Source of the DNA: Octopus vulgaris
Taxonomy: Eukaryota
DNA length: 64,000 bases
NCBI GenBank assembly: GCA_951406725.2
Contig: OX597815.1
Coordinates: forward strand, 140,368,001 to 140,432,000
Direction of reading: 5' to 3'
The position numbers were made by a program, and so were the translations under genes. Positions 39,530 through 52,977 of the stretch are shown here, one piece after another; positions within the stretch are counted from its first letter, which is position 1; the number at the start of each line of letters is the position of its first letter. The notes beneath the pieces were generated by a model, which saw only the letters and a list, made by a program, of their open reading frames with translations, was not told the origin of the DNA and did no database searches.

Positions 39530-40660
39530 ATTAATGTTTTAGGCCCAAAGGGGCTAATTATGGCAAGGGATTCCCTTATACACAACTTACACTTGTTAAT
39601 ATTAATTCTAAAATAAGGGGCTCTTGAGATATCAGACCATTCATGAGAGTAACTTTTTTTTTATTCCTCTTTAAATCATGTATATAAGAGGGAAGTATAG
39701 TGGAGTTACAGTATAAGAGGGAAGTATAGTGGAGTGACAGTAATTTTCGTCCGAAAACGAATTCACAATGGTTGTATACCTCGCTTTAAAGTTGTCAGTA
39801 CTATCTATGTAAAACCTATACAAATTACCCTGCTCATTAACAACGCATTTATATATAAATGCTAAATTGGCAATGAAATGCAGGCGGCTGACCGGATGGA
39901 TTCTGAGAACTTTTAGAACAAGAGACCAGGAAACCATGATGGTCCTCTGGAGGACACTTATCCGAAGCCACTTTGACTATTGCTCTCAGCTATAGCCACC
40001 AACCAGTGTCAAATTAATCTCAGAACTTCAGGCAATCCAACGAATCTACACGAAGATAGCCTCTGTGCAGCATATAAGCTATAAGGAAAGGCTCAAGAGA
40101 TTAAGACTCTATTCCTTAGAGCGTAGGCGAGAAAGATATGCCATAATGTACATCTGGAAGATTCTGGAAGGACTTGTCCCAAACACTTGTTAATATTACC
40201 TCGCATCGAGAGTTAAACAAATACTAGAACTGGGTGCAACTGCATAGTGCCAAGGACTCCAAATTTGTCATCAAGATGTAGGACAAAATACTGCTATAGC
40301 CTGGGTTTCAGAGGTCCAAAGCTCTTCCATATTCTCCCGAAGGACCTGAGAGACCTGCATGGGGTGAATCAAGGTGTCTTGAAAATAAAGGTGGACCTCT
40401 CCCTGTCAAGTGCACCAGATGAACCAACTTCGCGGCATTAAACTCTCTCATGCATCAAATGTCAATTCCTAAAAAAAGCATTCGTGAAGTATAATTATGT
40501 AGTAACACCAAATGGCGGTGCCCCAGCATGGCCACAGCTCGTGAGCTGAAACTAAAAAAAAAATAGCATTAGAAGTCAGACAAAATCCATCAAGGGGACA
40601 TAACCTAGGGTTTCTAAAATTACAGGATTTACCAGAATCAACCATATCCCTAATACTAAT
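39530..40660 (-). mobile_element. Penelope-like GIY-YIG fragment split by a LINE insertion
   Basis: CNFRNPRLCPLDGFCLTSNAI (40630-40562) continues as YKCVV..FYIDSTDNFKARY..NSF..HST.L and CKLCIRESL (39857-39560). Confidence 0.75.
39858..40563 (+). mobile_element. 5'-truncated CR1-group LINE 3' end
   Basis: WILRTFRTRD, SHFDYCSQL, LQAIQR, LRLYSLERRRERY, WKILEGLVPN, GPKLF.ILP.DLR; terminal stem-loop plus A tail. Confidence 0.8.
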
Positions 40661-40745
40661 ACTAACATTACTTATCTGGCATATATCATACATATATATA
40701 ATAATAAATGTTATATAAATATATATAATAAATATTATATATATG

Positions 40746-40787
<42 letters not shown>

Positions 40788-41149
40788 CTTTCATCACCCA
40801 CTTCGGCACACAATCCAAATATTGGAAGCACACTATGAATAGGTAATATTTAATATCCTGTAATCTGGAGACCTCATTTCGATCATCAATAATGAATATA
40901 TTCACTCTGCAACGGAATAACGTCTACTGCTTATAAAGCAGTTAGTAATAGCATATTGCCACAGCTAGAATATTTCTTCTTGTAATATAGGCACCAATAA
41001 CAAGTTAGGTCTTTCGATGAAGCGTACTTCTAGATACATCAAGTTGTTCCAAAATTGCCAATAGATTGAAATTAAAGTTAACTCAGAAATATTACAAACG
41101 GCTGCTTTTCATTATTTATTATCTTTTCGTATTAAGTATGTGTGTATGT

Positions 41150-41204
41150 ACAACTATTATGCTACTACTGCTGCTGCTGATACTAACACTACTGCTTCTG
41201 CTGA

Positions 41205-41269
<65 letters not shown>

Positions 41270-41270
41270 T
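41150..41270. repeat. (CTA)n microsatellite
   Basis: Directly visible. Confidence 0.95.
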
Positions 41271-41334
41271 TGAGCAAGTCGAATACATCGCCTCAGTGCT
41301 CAACTGATACTTATTTTATCGATCATGAAATGAA

Positions 41335-41600
41335 GACTTCTTGCGATTTCGTCTTTTAGTAGTGTAGTCTGTACTTTTCAATCTTTACTAGTTCTTTTTT
41401 TCAATTATGCATGCATTCCAAGGTATTGCAATATCTATAATCTTAGTTTACTTTTTTCCTTTATCTACAACAATATCTGGTCCGGGCATCAATTACATTG
41501 GATTATAAAATCCCATAGTATCTTATATTCCTTGTTCTCGGTGACACCTTCTGGTTCATGTTCGTACTATTTCCGTTCTCTGTCCAAGCAGTACTTTTCA
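41335..41600 (-). mobile_element. R4/Dong-like REL endonuclease fragment
   Basis: Minus strand YEHEPEGVTENKEYKILWDF, PDIVVD, IDIAIP, KELVKIEKY. Confidence 0.65.
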
Positions 41601-41602
41601 CA

Positions 41603-41623
41603 TTATCATCATCATCATCATCA

Positions 41624-41688
<65 letters not shown>

Positions 41689-41765
41689 GAGTGAGAGAGC
41701 AGCGCATGCCATCAAAATGAGACTGAGGTACAAATGTACAAAGCCCAATATACCCATATATACCC
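41603..41765 (-). mobile_element. (TTA)n tract plus short copy of the repeat at 57088
   Basis: gagtgagagagcagcgcatgccatcaaa matches gaatgagagagcagtgcatgctatcaaa at 57090. Confidence 0.7.
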
Positions 41766-43095
41766 AGGGTAACATGAACAGCTGCCATCATATGCATATA
41801 ATATATTAATCGGGTCATATTGTAATACATTCCATATTCATATAGGAGAGCCGTTATTAAACATATTTGAAAAAGTATAATGAAGATTGCTTTAACGCTA
41901 TTTATTTGAAGGCCTTTTAGTTCTGGCGATTCAGCTGATGCGAAAATATCCTATTGTTCTCCGAACAGAAAAATAATTGGGAATAGATATGGGCTTAAAT
42001 TCTAGGAATTTATCTTCCTTCACCAAACAAGTTTCTGTCAGTCATGTGTTGAGATTCTTGGCAGTTTTCCTTTCGACTGTTCTTGTACTTTTCCGTACAA
42101 TCTTACAGTAATAAATTTTAAATCGTTTCCGAAATCTGTCAAGCTAGCAAATAATCTAGAAAATATTTCGTTCGTTTAATCTTCAGTTTTGTTTCCGTTC
42201 TGTTTTCTTATGACTGCTACAAAGAGACTAACAACCTGTCCTTTGATTGTAATTTTACTTAAAAGAACGAGCTTTTGATGGAAAATTTTGATCCAACTTG
42301 GAAAAAGATGTTCTATTTCAAACATTGTAATGATACCGTTTCTTATTACTTTGAAATTAATTGAAGAAGCAGCACTCCGTTGCTGCTCTTTATAATACTT
42401 CATGTTTCATATAACTCTTAATTTGCCGACAACGAATTCCTCTATGATTAGTCACCATAATTTTTCTCATAAGCTTGTTATTTCCTCCTTTTAACAGTTT
42501 CACCGCATGTACTGCAATACTCACTTGTTTAAATTTCTTCAAAAGTGTTTGGAAATATAGCTCGGTTCTCGAATCAACAAGGCGAGCAATACTCTTAGTA
42601 GTAGATTCCCACCACTAAAAGAAAACGAAACGAGATGAGAGGCATATATTGGTTTCCTTTTACGTATCGCATACTGCAGTAAGTCAACTACGGACGCGTA
42701 GAATTCAAATTCTGATGTAAAACTATAAGAATCAACGCTGTTGTGTTCGCAATGACATTAAGGTAAACATATATATTCGGAACAAGCATGAAAAAAACAA
42801 CGCTAGGACGTGGTACATGTAATGTATTAGCAGACGCTCAGGAGAGGAGAGAAAGATGGTCTGTGTAGGTGTTATTGGTGGCGACAAAAAGGAAAAGAGA
42901 AAGAGAAAAGGGAAGGAGAGTGAAAGTAGAACAGAAGATAGGCTGAGGGGAGACAAGTTACAAGACGAGTCACGGACTAATTATAATGATTCACAATCAA
43001 GGTGCAGAAATTGCGTATTCCGAATGAATAAGGTAAAGTAATCAGAAGATGGAAGAATTAGGTACTCTAAAGTCAGTCAGAAGGCCGATGTATAC

Positions 43096-43157
<62 letters not shown>

Positions 43158-45029
43158 CTTTATTCATAACCTGTTTTAGCCATGGACCACGTTAGAAGTG
43201 TAAACGATGACGATAGTGATTAATTTCCCATTCACTAATCCTATAGCACCAGGATTTGAGTTTGCCAGATCACCAGCAGTGCGAATAACATATACAGCTT
43301 ACCCAATAGCAATATAATGTTAACTGTAAAATATCTTTTACGTCATTAGAAGTTGTATTATTATCTATGTCGGCACAAATGAAAAGCAAGTGCAACTCTA
43401 ATGAGGAAAAGGTTCATAAGAATGTTCATCTCTGCCATTTCTAATGTAAAGAACTGGAATTTACAACAAAGTAGATTACACACCAGGGAATGAATGGTCT
43501 TAGGCTCACCATTTTTCAGTTTAGATTGCTAAAGTACAAGAAAAAAATCGCTTGTTGAATTTGGCACGAAATCTACTTCAGGAACATTTGTTGTTATTAT
43601 TGCTGTTGCATATTGTTCTTGCTACTGCTACTGTTGTTGTTGCTGATTGTTGTAAAAATGTACGTGATTTATATGGAATATTTAAATGTAACATACTTGA
43701 AACTGTACAGAGGTTACTTAAATAATAACGATGCAAATCATAGTATAATGCACTCGATTGTCTATTTTTGTTTGGTTCAGAGTGTTACACAGATATAAGT
43801 GTCTGATATATTTACTAGTACATATTTCAAACAAACTATTGATGCCTTGAATTCCACACTAAAGGAAAATAAGCCAACAAAAATAAATATCCCATGAATT
43901 TTCAAGGAATATAAATTTTTGTTCCACCTTATTCAGCCCTGATTGAAGTGTCCGATAATAAAATGTCTAACAGCTATACACGTCTCGTTTTTTTTTCTTT
44001 TAGACATAGTGTATTTAGACATAGTGTATTTAGGACTATATTATCCGAAGTACACATAATTTTTTAATAGGGTAAGTTGCTATTTAGGACAGATAAAATT
44101 TATTTCTTGTTCGCCCAATTATGATACAAATACAGAAGCTCCTTTGCTGATGACTTCCAACGCCATGAAGGAGAACAGAGTTCATGATTCTTTAGGGAGC
44201 CTTCTCATTAAAAAGAAATCAGAGCGTAAGCCTGCGAATATGAAACAATAAAATTACATAACATTTTCTTCGATGAAAGATCTTTCTCGAAACACCAACC
44301 TCATCCACATGCAAGATATACAAACATATTTTATTTTGTAAATTTTATATACTTTATTGTAAGCTGATTATAAGAACAAAGCCTACGCTTGGATACCGCA
44401 TCTTTTGATGTTCATTTAATCACGTACTCTTTTTCAATATTTCATTTTTTTTCATATTAACCGGGTGTTTTGCGCACGTCACATCTGGTTTCACCTAAAG
44501 TGGAAGCAATGGCAGATTGTTGATCTAGACATGTGAACGTAGTTTCCGCTGTTTTTGCAGTATTACATGCAACTTCTCTCATAAGTAGGAAATAGAAAGA
44601 AATGGTTGTAATTAATATCATAGAAGCCTTTCATATTTGTCTCAGCAATTGATATATAATTTTTTAAGATTTACACTGATAGCAAAGAAAACGTCTTGGA
44701 GATGTCGAAATGTCGGTGTAAATATCTAACACGTGGTTGTTAGTGTGATAGCTCAGAGTTTTGCGTCCAGTTTCATCTTTCATCTACTCCAGTTGGAGGT
44801 CGATTAATCAAATATCAGAGGACATCCTTTATATTTGGTGCTTAGGAAGAGGATAAGAGTATCGGTTAAAAGTGTTAAATGTTGAAAGCTAACAGTGTCC
44901 TGCTGAATGAGGATGGAATATGACAGGAAGTAATCTTTCTTTTTACAGTTTAAATATTATACCAGCCTACAGAGGTCACTACACTATCAAGATCACACTG
45001 AGAGAAAGAGAGAGAGAGAAAAAAAGAGT

Positions 45030-45063
<34 letters not shown>

Positions 45064-47706
45064 GAGGAAAAATAGAGGGAGAAAGAAAACACCTACACAG
45101 TCGAGCAGGTTCATATTTATTTAACATTTTATTCTATAAGAAACAAATGACTGAACACAAACTCTCTGTGACTTTCTTTCTCTAACTCTTTCTGTTTCTC
45201 TGATTCTGTCACTCTGTTTGTCTCTCTTTCTGTACCTCGGCTCCTCTATATATTTATCTATCTCACTACGACCCCTTCTATTTCTTCTAAAAGTCCTGAA
45301 CTTTTTCTTTCATACTTCCCTTCTTATCACCATCTTTCTTTCCCTTCCTATCTTCAGTTTCTCTTTCTTTCATTTCTGCTTTCACTTTTTCTCTCTATCT
45401 CTCACTTTCTCTCTATCGCTGTCTCTACCTCTCTTCCTTTCTCTGTCTCTATGTTTCTCTGTTTGTCTGTCTGTGTGTCACGTTCTCTCTCTTCTCCTTT
45501 TTTCTTCGGTGCTAAACAGCGTGGTACAATAGTTTATGAAGTTAAATTAATAACACATGCTAAACTATCGGATCAAAACAGATGCAGGAGAAATTAATGT
45601 CTTACATACGCTTTATGCATCACGCAGGCCGTATGAGTATTCTATTAAACCCCTTTTAATATTGTTGGGTTGTTTAGATGACAGTGAAACCTATTGGTTC
45701 GACTTTTATCTAAGCTTACCCAAAAGTTCCCGTGGGCCCAAACTTACAGTGAAGTTAATTACAGCTAAATATGAGCCTCTAAGCATAACCTACGCTGAAC
45801 AAGCTTCAAGTTAAATATTATTTGGCTATCAAGCTTTTTGCTCTAAGAAAATGAGTTGAACCTGGCGCAAGTAGGTTATATAAGTAACCTTTCACAAGTG
45901 GAACCCTGTGAACTGTAGAAACAGCAAAATCTCTTAGTTCGATTCTCATTGCAAGATTTGTGAAAGCCATCGCAGGTCTAGGTTTTCAGTGACACTAAAT
46001 ACATATCAATATGAGTCAATATATTTTTATATTCATACAATACTTGTCTTTATACTCCACTAATCTGTTTTAATCTAGCTAAGATACAAGTATTAAATAT
46101 ATAAGGCCTTCTGTTTCAGCACAATTGAAACTCATACATAAAAGATAACTTCATGAAAATACTAACACATTTGCATGACAAGTAAAACCTCTGAATCAGT
46201 AACACCGAAAACAGTATATAACATGGTTTCATGGAAATTTTGACATATTTATGTGACAAGTAAATAATACATTTGTTTCGGAAACACTGGAGGATTTCAA
46301 GAAGATATTGACAAAAACAGTTTAGTTCGTCTAAAAACAGTGTGTTGTAAAGAATTTCAAAGCAAGACATTGATTTTATCTCGGGGTCAAACAGCAGAAT
46401 GAGAATAAACATGAAGCAATTTGTCCAGGTTTATATAGAACAGGACCTCTCTTTTTCTTCTCCCTCTCCCTCTCCCCCCTCTCTCTCTCTCTCACACACA
46501 CACGTTCATACTCACACAGACAGAAAATCACATATACATGTACATAGACGTATAAGTATGAATAAGTATGCCCATCGCAATGATAATGGGGAGGCAGAGG
46601 TTTTAAGAAAAATCATCACCATTCGCCAACTGCGGTTTCATGCTTCAGTCCTAAACTCCACCATTTTTCTCTTTATCGTAAAGAAATATATATCATAATG
46701 TCCGTAAATTAACAATGCTTACAAAGCAAACGCACATTTCAATGATATTTGATCGTATCCAGTCGGTAGGCTACTCACCCGTTACAAATATTGTCAGAGA
46801 GCTTGGTGAGAACGTTCGTCCTCAGGTCGCTATTTGCTTTCAGTAACTCCACTGGAGACTCATGGATACTAACTGCTTTGTTGATAGAGGTGCCGAATTG
46901 TTTTTTCCAGTTCAGCTTCCAGAATTTCTAACATGACCTCTCATGTATTACTGTCACCGTTACTGTCAGCATTTCAGCCATCAATGACTTAGATATCTTT
47001 GAAGCATCTTCCTGTTCATTCTCCTTCGAACTTCTTATGATGTTATTCGTGTTCGTCGGGGCTCTTGACCCGGTCTTCTTTATCCTTCACGTTGCATTGT
47101 TTTGGTTGGAAAAGGTTATAAGTACAAGAAACTAAAACATGCCTAAGTATATATCTTAGGTATGTTTTACTATCCTTCTATTTACGCAGGAAACGCCACT
47201 GAATTTATATTCATAAATATAAATAAACTTGTATTAATCAATATATACGCAGTAACACAGACACATATGTATACTTCTATATGCTTTTTTTAAAAATTTG
47301 TTTTTAAAGTTTCTTCATATAAAATAGTGTGATGATATATCAATTTACTTTGGGAAAATTTTGTTGGCAATAAAACATTCTAGTTGTGTTTAATTTCCCT
47401 TTTATTATCAATATCAATTAACGAGATAATTAGTTAAATAGATAATTAAGTCGATTACTTTGTCAAAGTTCTTTCGCCAGAGCCAGGGACCTTTTCGGTC
47501 TGAAGAAAGGAATAACAACTCGACTTTTGAGAGGAATGAGTCACCTCCAAACTATAATGAAACTCAATCAAATCAACTATAAAAGAAGCTCCACCTTACA
47601 AAAGGCCAAATTGAAAAACATTAAAGAACATAATAATATGTATATGTATATATATATGTATATATATATATATATATATATACTTGGTGATGGTTATAAG
47701 TTCAGC

Positions 47707-47737
<31 letters not shown>

Positions 47738-48948
47738 ACAATATAATTAAGATTAAACAGTACGAAAGGCGATCTATCGTACTACATGAAATATAAAAAA
47801 GTACATACATCGCTAAAGAGAACCAGACTAAAGTTTAAAGTTCAAATTTAAAAGCTAATAACACCCTCTCAGACATTAAATATCGTATAAAAGCACCCAC
47901 AACACATCTATTACCCGAATATGAAATTATAGATACGTAAATACATGAACACACAATGTAAATATAAATAACAACACGAGCAAAATTAACGATTAAACAG
48001 AGAGCAAACAGCGAACAACAAGCAGTGTGTACTAGCAAAGATATGATACGTGGAGAGCACTTTGCCATCGATTAGGTCACATTTTGGGACGAAAGAAATT
48101 TGACAAACCAGTTGATCAATGAATTAATGAAGAAATTAATTAAATAATTATCTAATTATCTAACAAATTGACTACACAACTGCAGTGAAATACAACCTGC
48201 TATTGTATTAATTGGTTTCGTGACCCGCCTTAAGCAAAACAATATTCATGTGTCATTCATACAGCATACAGACACAAACGCACACACACACATACGCACA
48301 CATATACACAACACACACGCATATACACAACACACACGCTTAGACACACACACGACATATATGCATCATATGCATATATATATATCTTATGTATATATGT
48401 ATATATATATACATATATTTATATACTCATACACATGTATACGTTTATATATATATTTATACATACATAGATATATATTTGTGCATACGTGTATAAATTT
48501 AGATATATGCACGTAAATATATGTATATATATATGTATATATATATATGCACACACTCATATGCACATATCTGTATTTCTGCGTATATACGTATAGTTTC
48601 AACACATTCTACAATCAGTTTCTACAGCTATAAAGTCACATTAGTGAAACAAAGGTCGAGAGTTTTATGCCAAACACATATCAGACGCATTTCACTAGTA
48701 CTTTGACACAAAACCTTACTCACTTCAATCATTGATTTTACTTTCTCAATTACAAATATATTAATTTCATACGTACACATACATGCATGCATGCACACAT
48801 ATATACATACATACACACACACATACATACATAACTGTACATATATAAGACATACAAATTGAGATACACAGTAGTACCTCGGTTTTCGAATAACCCTGAT
48901 CGCGAAATGAATCGTGCTTTATATATATATTTTCATTGCATTTTTTTC

Positions 48949-49009
48949 GATAACTGAAGAGATGCTGGCGTGGATTTCCGCTCCGACATCCGAAACTTGG
49001 AGTTTTATC
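48949..49009 (+). ncRNA. Type I hammerhead ribozyme candidate
   Basis: Stem I GATAA/TTATC; core CTGAAGA; stem II GATG..CATC(C); GAA; stem III ACT-tgg-AGT; GUU triplet with cut after 49004. Confidence 0.7.
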
Positions 49010-49109
49010 ATGGCTACCGAATAATTGTAACATTATATTTACAGATAAATTCCTCTATTTACATAATATCGAGGTCTCTTTCATTCTTTTGCTGTGATCT
49101 CTTGAGCAC

Positions 49110-49306
49110 CACCAGCTAAAATATTTTTTTCCTCTGTCTTCCCTTCTCGGGATCTTTCCTTCTCCTTGCTTCCAACGAAGAGCTCCGCTCAAAACGTTAA
49201 ACCCTCCTTCCCTTCTTTCCTGAGCGTCAAATAATACTTTAATTGTTCCACGTCCTCGCGCTGCTGTTTTCTTCTGTGTTTTTTTTCTGTGTTTTCTTGT
49301 TTGGAT

Positions 49307-49310
<4 letters not shown>
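49110..49310 (+). mobile_element. Relative of the 5214-5403 pLTR-like unit
   Basis: Shared order: cgaagagc..gctc.aaacg, ttcctgagcg, aatac, tccac, T-rich end running into (TA)n. Confidence 0.6.
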
Positions 49311-49345
<35 letters not shown>

Positions 49346-49479
49346 CACAATTTATTTGTGATCAGAAACGTTCGTAAACTGAGGTGCTGCTGCATTAAAT
49401 AAATTTAAGAAAGACAGGAGATAAAGTGCGATTTATTCGTGATCAGAGTTGTCCGAAAACCGACGTTCTGCTATATATG

Positions 49480-49535
<56 letters not shown>

Positions 49536-49662
49536 ATGTTCTCTCTCTCGCTCTCTATCTATTTATCTATGTATAAATATGAATTTATATAAATTTAAAA
49601 TACCGACCATATCAGGTGGCTAGCATGGGAAAAACTTCATAGGTAATAGTTATTATTAAAAT

Positions 49663-49821
49663 TATAATTAAGGGTATCCAAAAGATACTAGATGCTAGAC
49701 ATAGCAGCCTAAAAGATACTTGATGCTAGATGTAGCAGTCAAAACTTGACTCTAAAACCACATTAAATGTTCATACAGTTTTAGCTGCTATATCTAGCAT
49801 TGTGGTATCTTTTAGATACCC

Positions 49822-49830
<9 letters not shown>
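49663..49830. repeat. Inverted repeat (~52-bp arms) with internal direct duplication
   Basis: tataattaagggtatccaaaagatac... versus ...gtatcttttagatacccttaattata; abuts (TA)n. Confidence 0.8.
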
Positions 49831-49857
<27 letters not shown>

Positions 49858-49860
<3 letters not shown>

Positions 49861-50136
49861 CGCAGGAGTGGCTGTGTGGTAAGTAACTTGCTTACCAACC
49901 ACATGCTTCCGGGTTCAGTCCCACTGCGTGGCACCTTGGGCAAGTGTCTTCTACTATAGCCTCGGGCCGACCAAAGCCTTGTGGGTGGATTTGGTAGACG
50001 GAAACTGAAAAAAGCCCGTCGTATATATGCGTGCGTGTATGTATGTTTGTGTGTCTGTGTTTGTCCCCCTAGCATTGTTTGACAACCGATGCTGGTGTGT
50101 TTATGTCCCGTCACTTAGCGGTTCGGCAAAAGAGAC
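49858..50136 (+). mobile_element. Abundant tRNA-derived SINE, 3'-truncated
   Basis: tggctgtgtggtaag...gggttcagtccc head; ccttgggcaagtgtctt CORE-like box; several copies in this window. Confidence 0.88.
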
Positions 50137-50495
50137 CCTCGGAAATGTGGTATTGTGCATTGATTATCCACCCCACGACCGGGCCAGACCATCATTTAAG
50201 AGCTCTACTGCGAAGCCTTTGAGGGAAGACAGTCGGCGAAAGTGACCAGATCTATGGTGCGCGAAGAAATGGATTCTTCACGACGACAATGCAACCTGTG
50301 ACTGAGTTCTCACTCGTGAGTTTCTCACCAAAAACAGCATGGTATCACTTCTTCACCCGACCTATTCGCCAGATGTAGCACCTACGGACTTGCATCTCTT
50401 CTGCAAGATGAAACTGCAGGTCAAAAGTCGCCGTTTTAACATCGTTACCGAGATCCAGAACGAAAAGCAGAATGTCTTCGACTCGATTACGGAAT
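50137..50495 (+). mobile_element. Mariner transposase fragment
   Basis: WILHDDNA, HPTYSPDVAPTDLHLF.KMK...K.RRF (YSPDLAP-type DD34D motif). Confidence 0.8.
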
Positions 50496-50499
50496 GCTA

Positions 50500-52936
50500 G
50501 GGCTGTTTTAATGGTTGTTTTAGTGAGGAATTTCTTCCAAAATGCATCAGCTCAAATTTTCCCTCATTCAGTTGCATTTTGTTTCTGTCTGCCTATTGAC
50601 TCACAGCATATAGATCAGACTGGAGTTGAGTTCGGTCTGCTTCTTCATTGACGATTTGCTGGAGCTTAGTGTCATCAGCAAATATTTTCACTTTGCAGTA
50701 ATGTACGACACTGGAAAGGTCGTTTACGTAAATTATGAAGAGTAGCGGACCCAAAACAGTTCCCTGGGGAACACCGCTGGTAACTTTTGCTGGGTTTGAG
50801 TGGACTCCATCAACTACAACATGTTGTGTTCTATTCGCCAGGAAATACTTAATCCAGTGTAGAACTTTTCCACGGATTCCAACATTTGCCAATTTTGAGA
50901 GTAGGATGTTATGGTCTACCCTGTCGAACGCTTTACTGAAGTCAAGATATATGACGTCAGAGTTCGAACCTGTTCCCAAGGCTTTGAGTACATCTTCAAT
51001 GTGGTGTAAGAGCTGTGTTAGACAGTCCCTGCCACAGCGAAAGCCATGCTGATTTGCATTTAGGAGTTTGTGGGTCTCCAGGAAGTCAGCTATCCTTGAT
51101 CTTAACATTCTTTCAAACACTTTAGTGATGTGGGAGGTGAGTGAGATTGGGCGATAGTTGACTGCGAGGGATCTGTTTCCCTGTTTGAAAACCGGGATGA
51201 CCGACTGGGATAGAAACTGTTTCGGTATATAACCTGCGTCTAACGAATTTCTCCAGAGGTTGGTCAGAGGGACTGCAAGTTGGTATCTACATTCCTTCAG
51301 GAGACTAGCGGGAAATCTATCAGGGCCTACAGCAGAGTAATGTTTGACCTTATTTATTGCTGCTACGATGTCAGTGGCAGTGAAGGTTATGTCTGAGATT
51401 TTGTGTTGGGAGTCAACTTCGTTCGTTTCCCTTACGTCAATATCAGTGGGAACACTAAAGACAGAGCAGTATTGTTTCTGCAGTATTTCTGCCATTTCTT
51501 TAGCATCGTGTTGGGGAATGCCGTTATCATCAATCAATGGCCCAATGCTTATTTGCATAAGAATAGAACACTTTTGGGTTCTGTTTGATGTTTTTGATTA
51601 CCCCTCCACAGCTCTTTGATTTTCAATGGAGGTTTTCATGTTGGTCTGCAGATGAAGTTTTTCCAGCTCTAGTCTTTTCATTGTTGTTGAATGTGGATGT
51701 TGTGTGTGGGAATATTTTAATTGGTTGATTTTTTTGTTGAGTCTTTTGATGCGCCTGATGAGTGTTTTTTTCTTTTTAGGGAGCCGGTTTCTGTTTGTGT
51801 TAGTAGATTTCTTGGGAGCGTGTTTAGAGCATGTATAGGTGACAATGTTTTCAAAGTGCTGCCACGCGGTCTCAATATGAGAGGAATTGAGAGTAAAAGA
51901 CCAGTCGATGGAAGACAGATCCTTTTTGATTGTTCCCCAGTCCGCTTTGTGGAAGTTTATGTTGTCAAATGGGTGCCATGGAGTGGGATAGGCTGGTTTG
52001 GTTTTTATATGTCGGGAATTAAGATTGCAGAGTACCATGTCGTGGTCTGAGAGGAGAGTTTTTTCGACTGAAATACTGTGAACGTAGCTAGAGTACCAGA
52101 TCCAAGATCGTTTTATTCTGTCTCGTTGGTTCAAGCACTAGCTGAGTCAGGAAATACTCATCCATCAGATTAAAGAGCAGTTCTGCTGCTGCTCTATCTG
52201 ATGTAGAGCACTTGCCTAACTTCAGAGTATTTGTGGGCCAGTTCACATGAGGGAGGTTAAAATCACCCACCACTAGTATGTTTCCGGAGTGGTACTTCCG
52301 AAGGAAGGACTTGACTTTGCTAAGGCACTCTTCAAAGTACTTTAGAGGTGCCTGGGGAGGCCTGTAAAGACCAACAATGGTTATGTCCTTGGCTTTGTTG
52401 TATAGTGATACCGATTACAGTAGCCATTGGAAAATATGTCCTTGGCATCAAGTGAAAAGGAGTCATGGATAAAGATGGCTGTCCCTCCCTTATTTCGGTC
52501 TGTGCGATCCGCACGAACAATGGTGAAATCTTTTATTTTCACCTCTGCGTCCATATGGGTGTTGTTCAGGTGAGTCTCGGTAAGGATAAAGAAAGGGAAG
52601 CAATGTGCCATTTCGGCAAGCCAACTCTCTATATATGGGATCTTCCATTTTTTGGCAATAATTGATGGGTTGATGCCACGTACGTTTAACAGGAATGTCG
52701 AGGTAAGGGAAGTTGGTAATGGGTGAGTGGTCCTTGTGATTTGCATAGATGGTTGGTGATAGCTCGCTGGATCTCCTGGCTTAGGTCGGCCTTCATATTT
52801 TCTAGGTATGTCAGTAAAAAAGAGTTACTTATTTGGTTTGCCACTTGGTCAGAGGATACATATTTCATGTTGGCGTTATTTGGTGGTTTTTCATGGTTCT
52901 GTCTACGTTGTTTGATTGTAGGAGGGGAAACGTGGT

Positions 52937-52938
<2 letters not shown>
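50500..52938 (-). mobile_element. CR1-group LINE internal portion (end of ORF1, APE, RT), truncated at both ends
   Basis: LLNVRGI, LTETHL, RADR..KGG, VGDFNLP, ILDL, LSDH, NYRPISLTSH, QHGFR, DFSKAFDRVDH, GVPQGTVLGPLLF, FADD; several frameshifts. Confidence 0.88.

Positions 52939-52977
<39 letters not shown>

Larger units (their letters stand above)
48869..49472. mobile_element. Tigger/pogo-like MITE ends enclosing pLTR-like fragments
   Basis: cagtagtacctcggttttcgaa...gatcgcgaa at 48869; degenerate reverse complements at ~49355-49392 and ~49436-49472. Confidence 0.45.
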
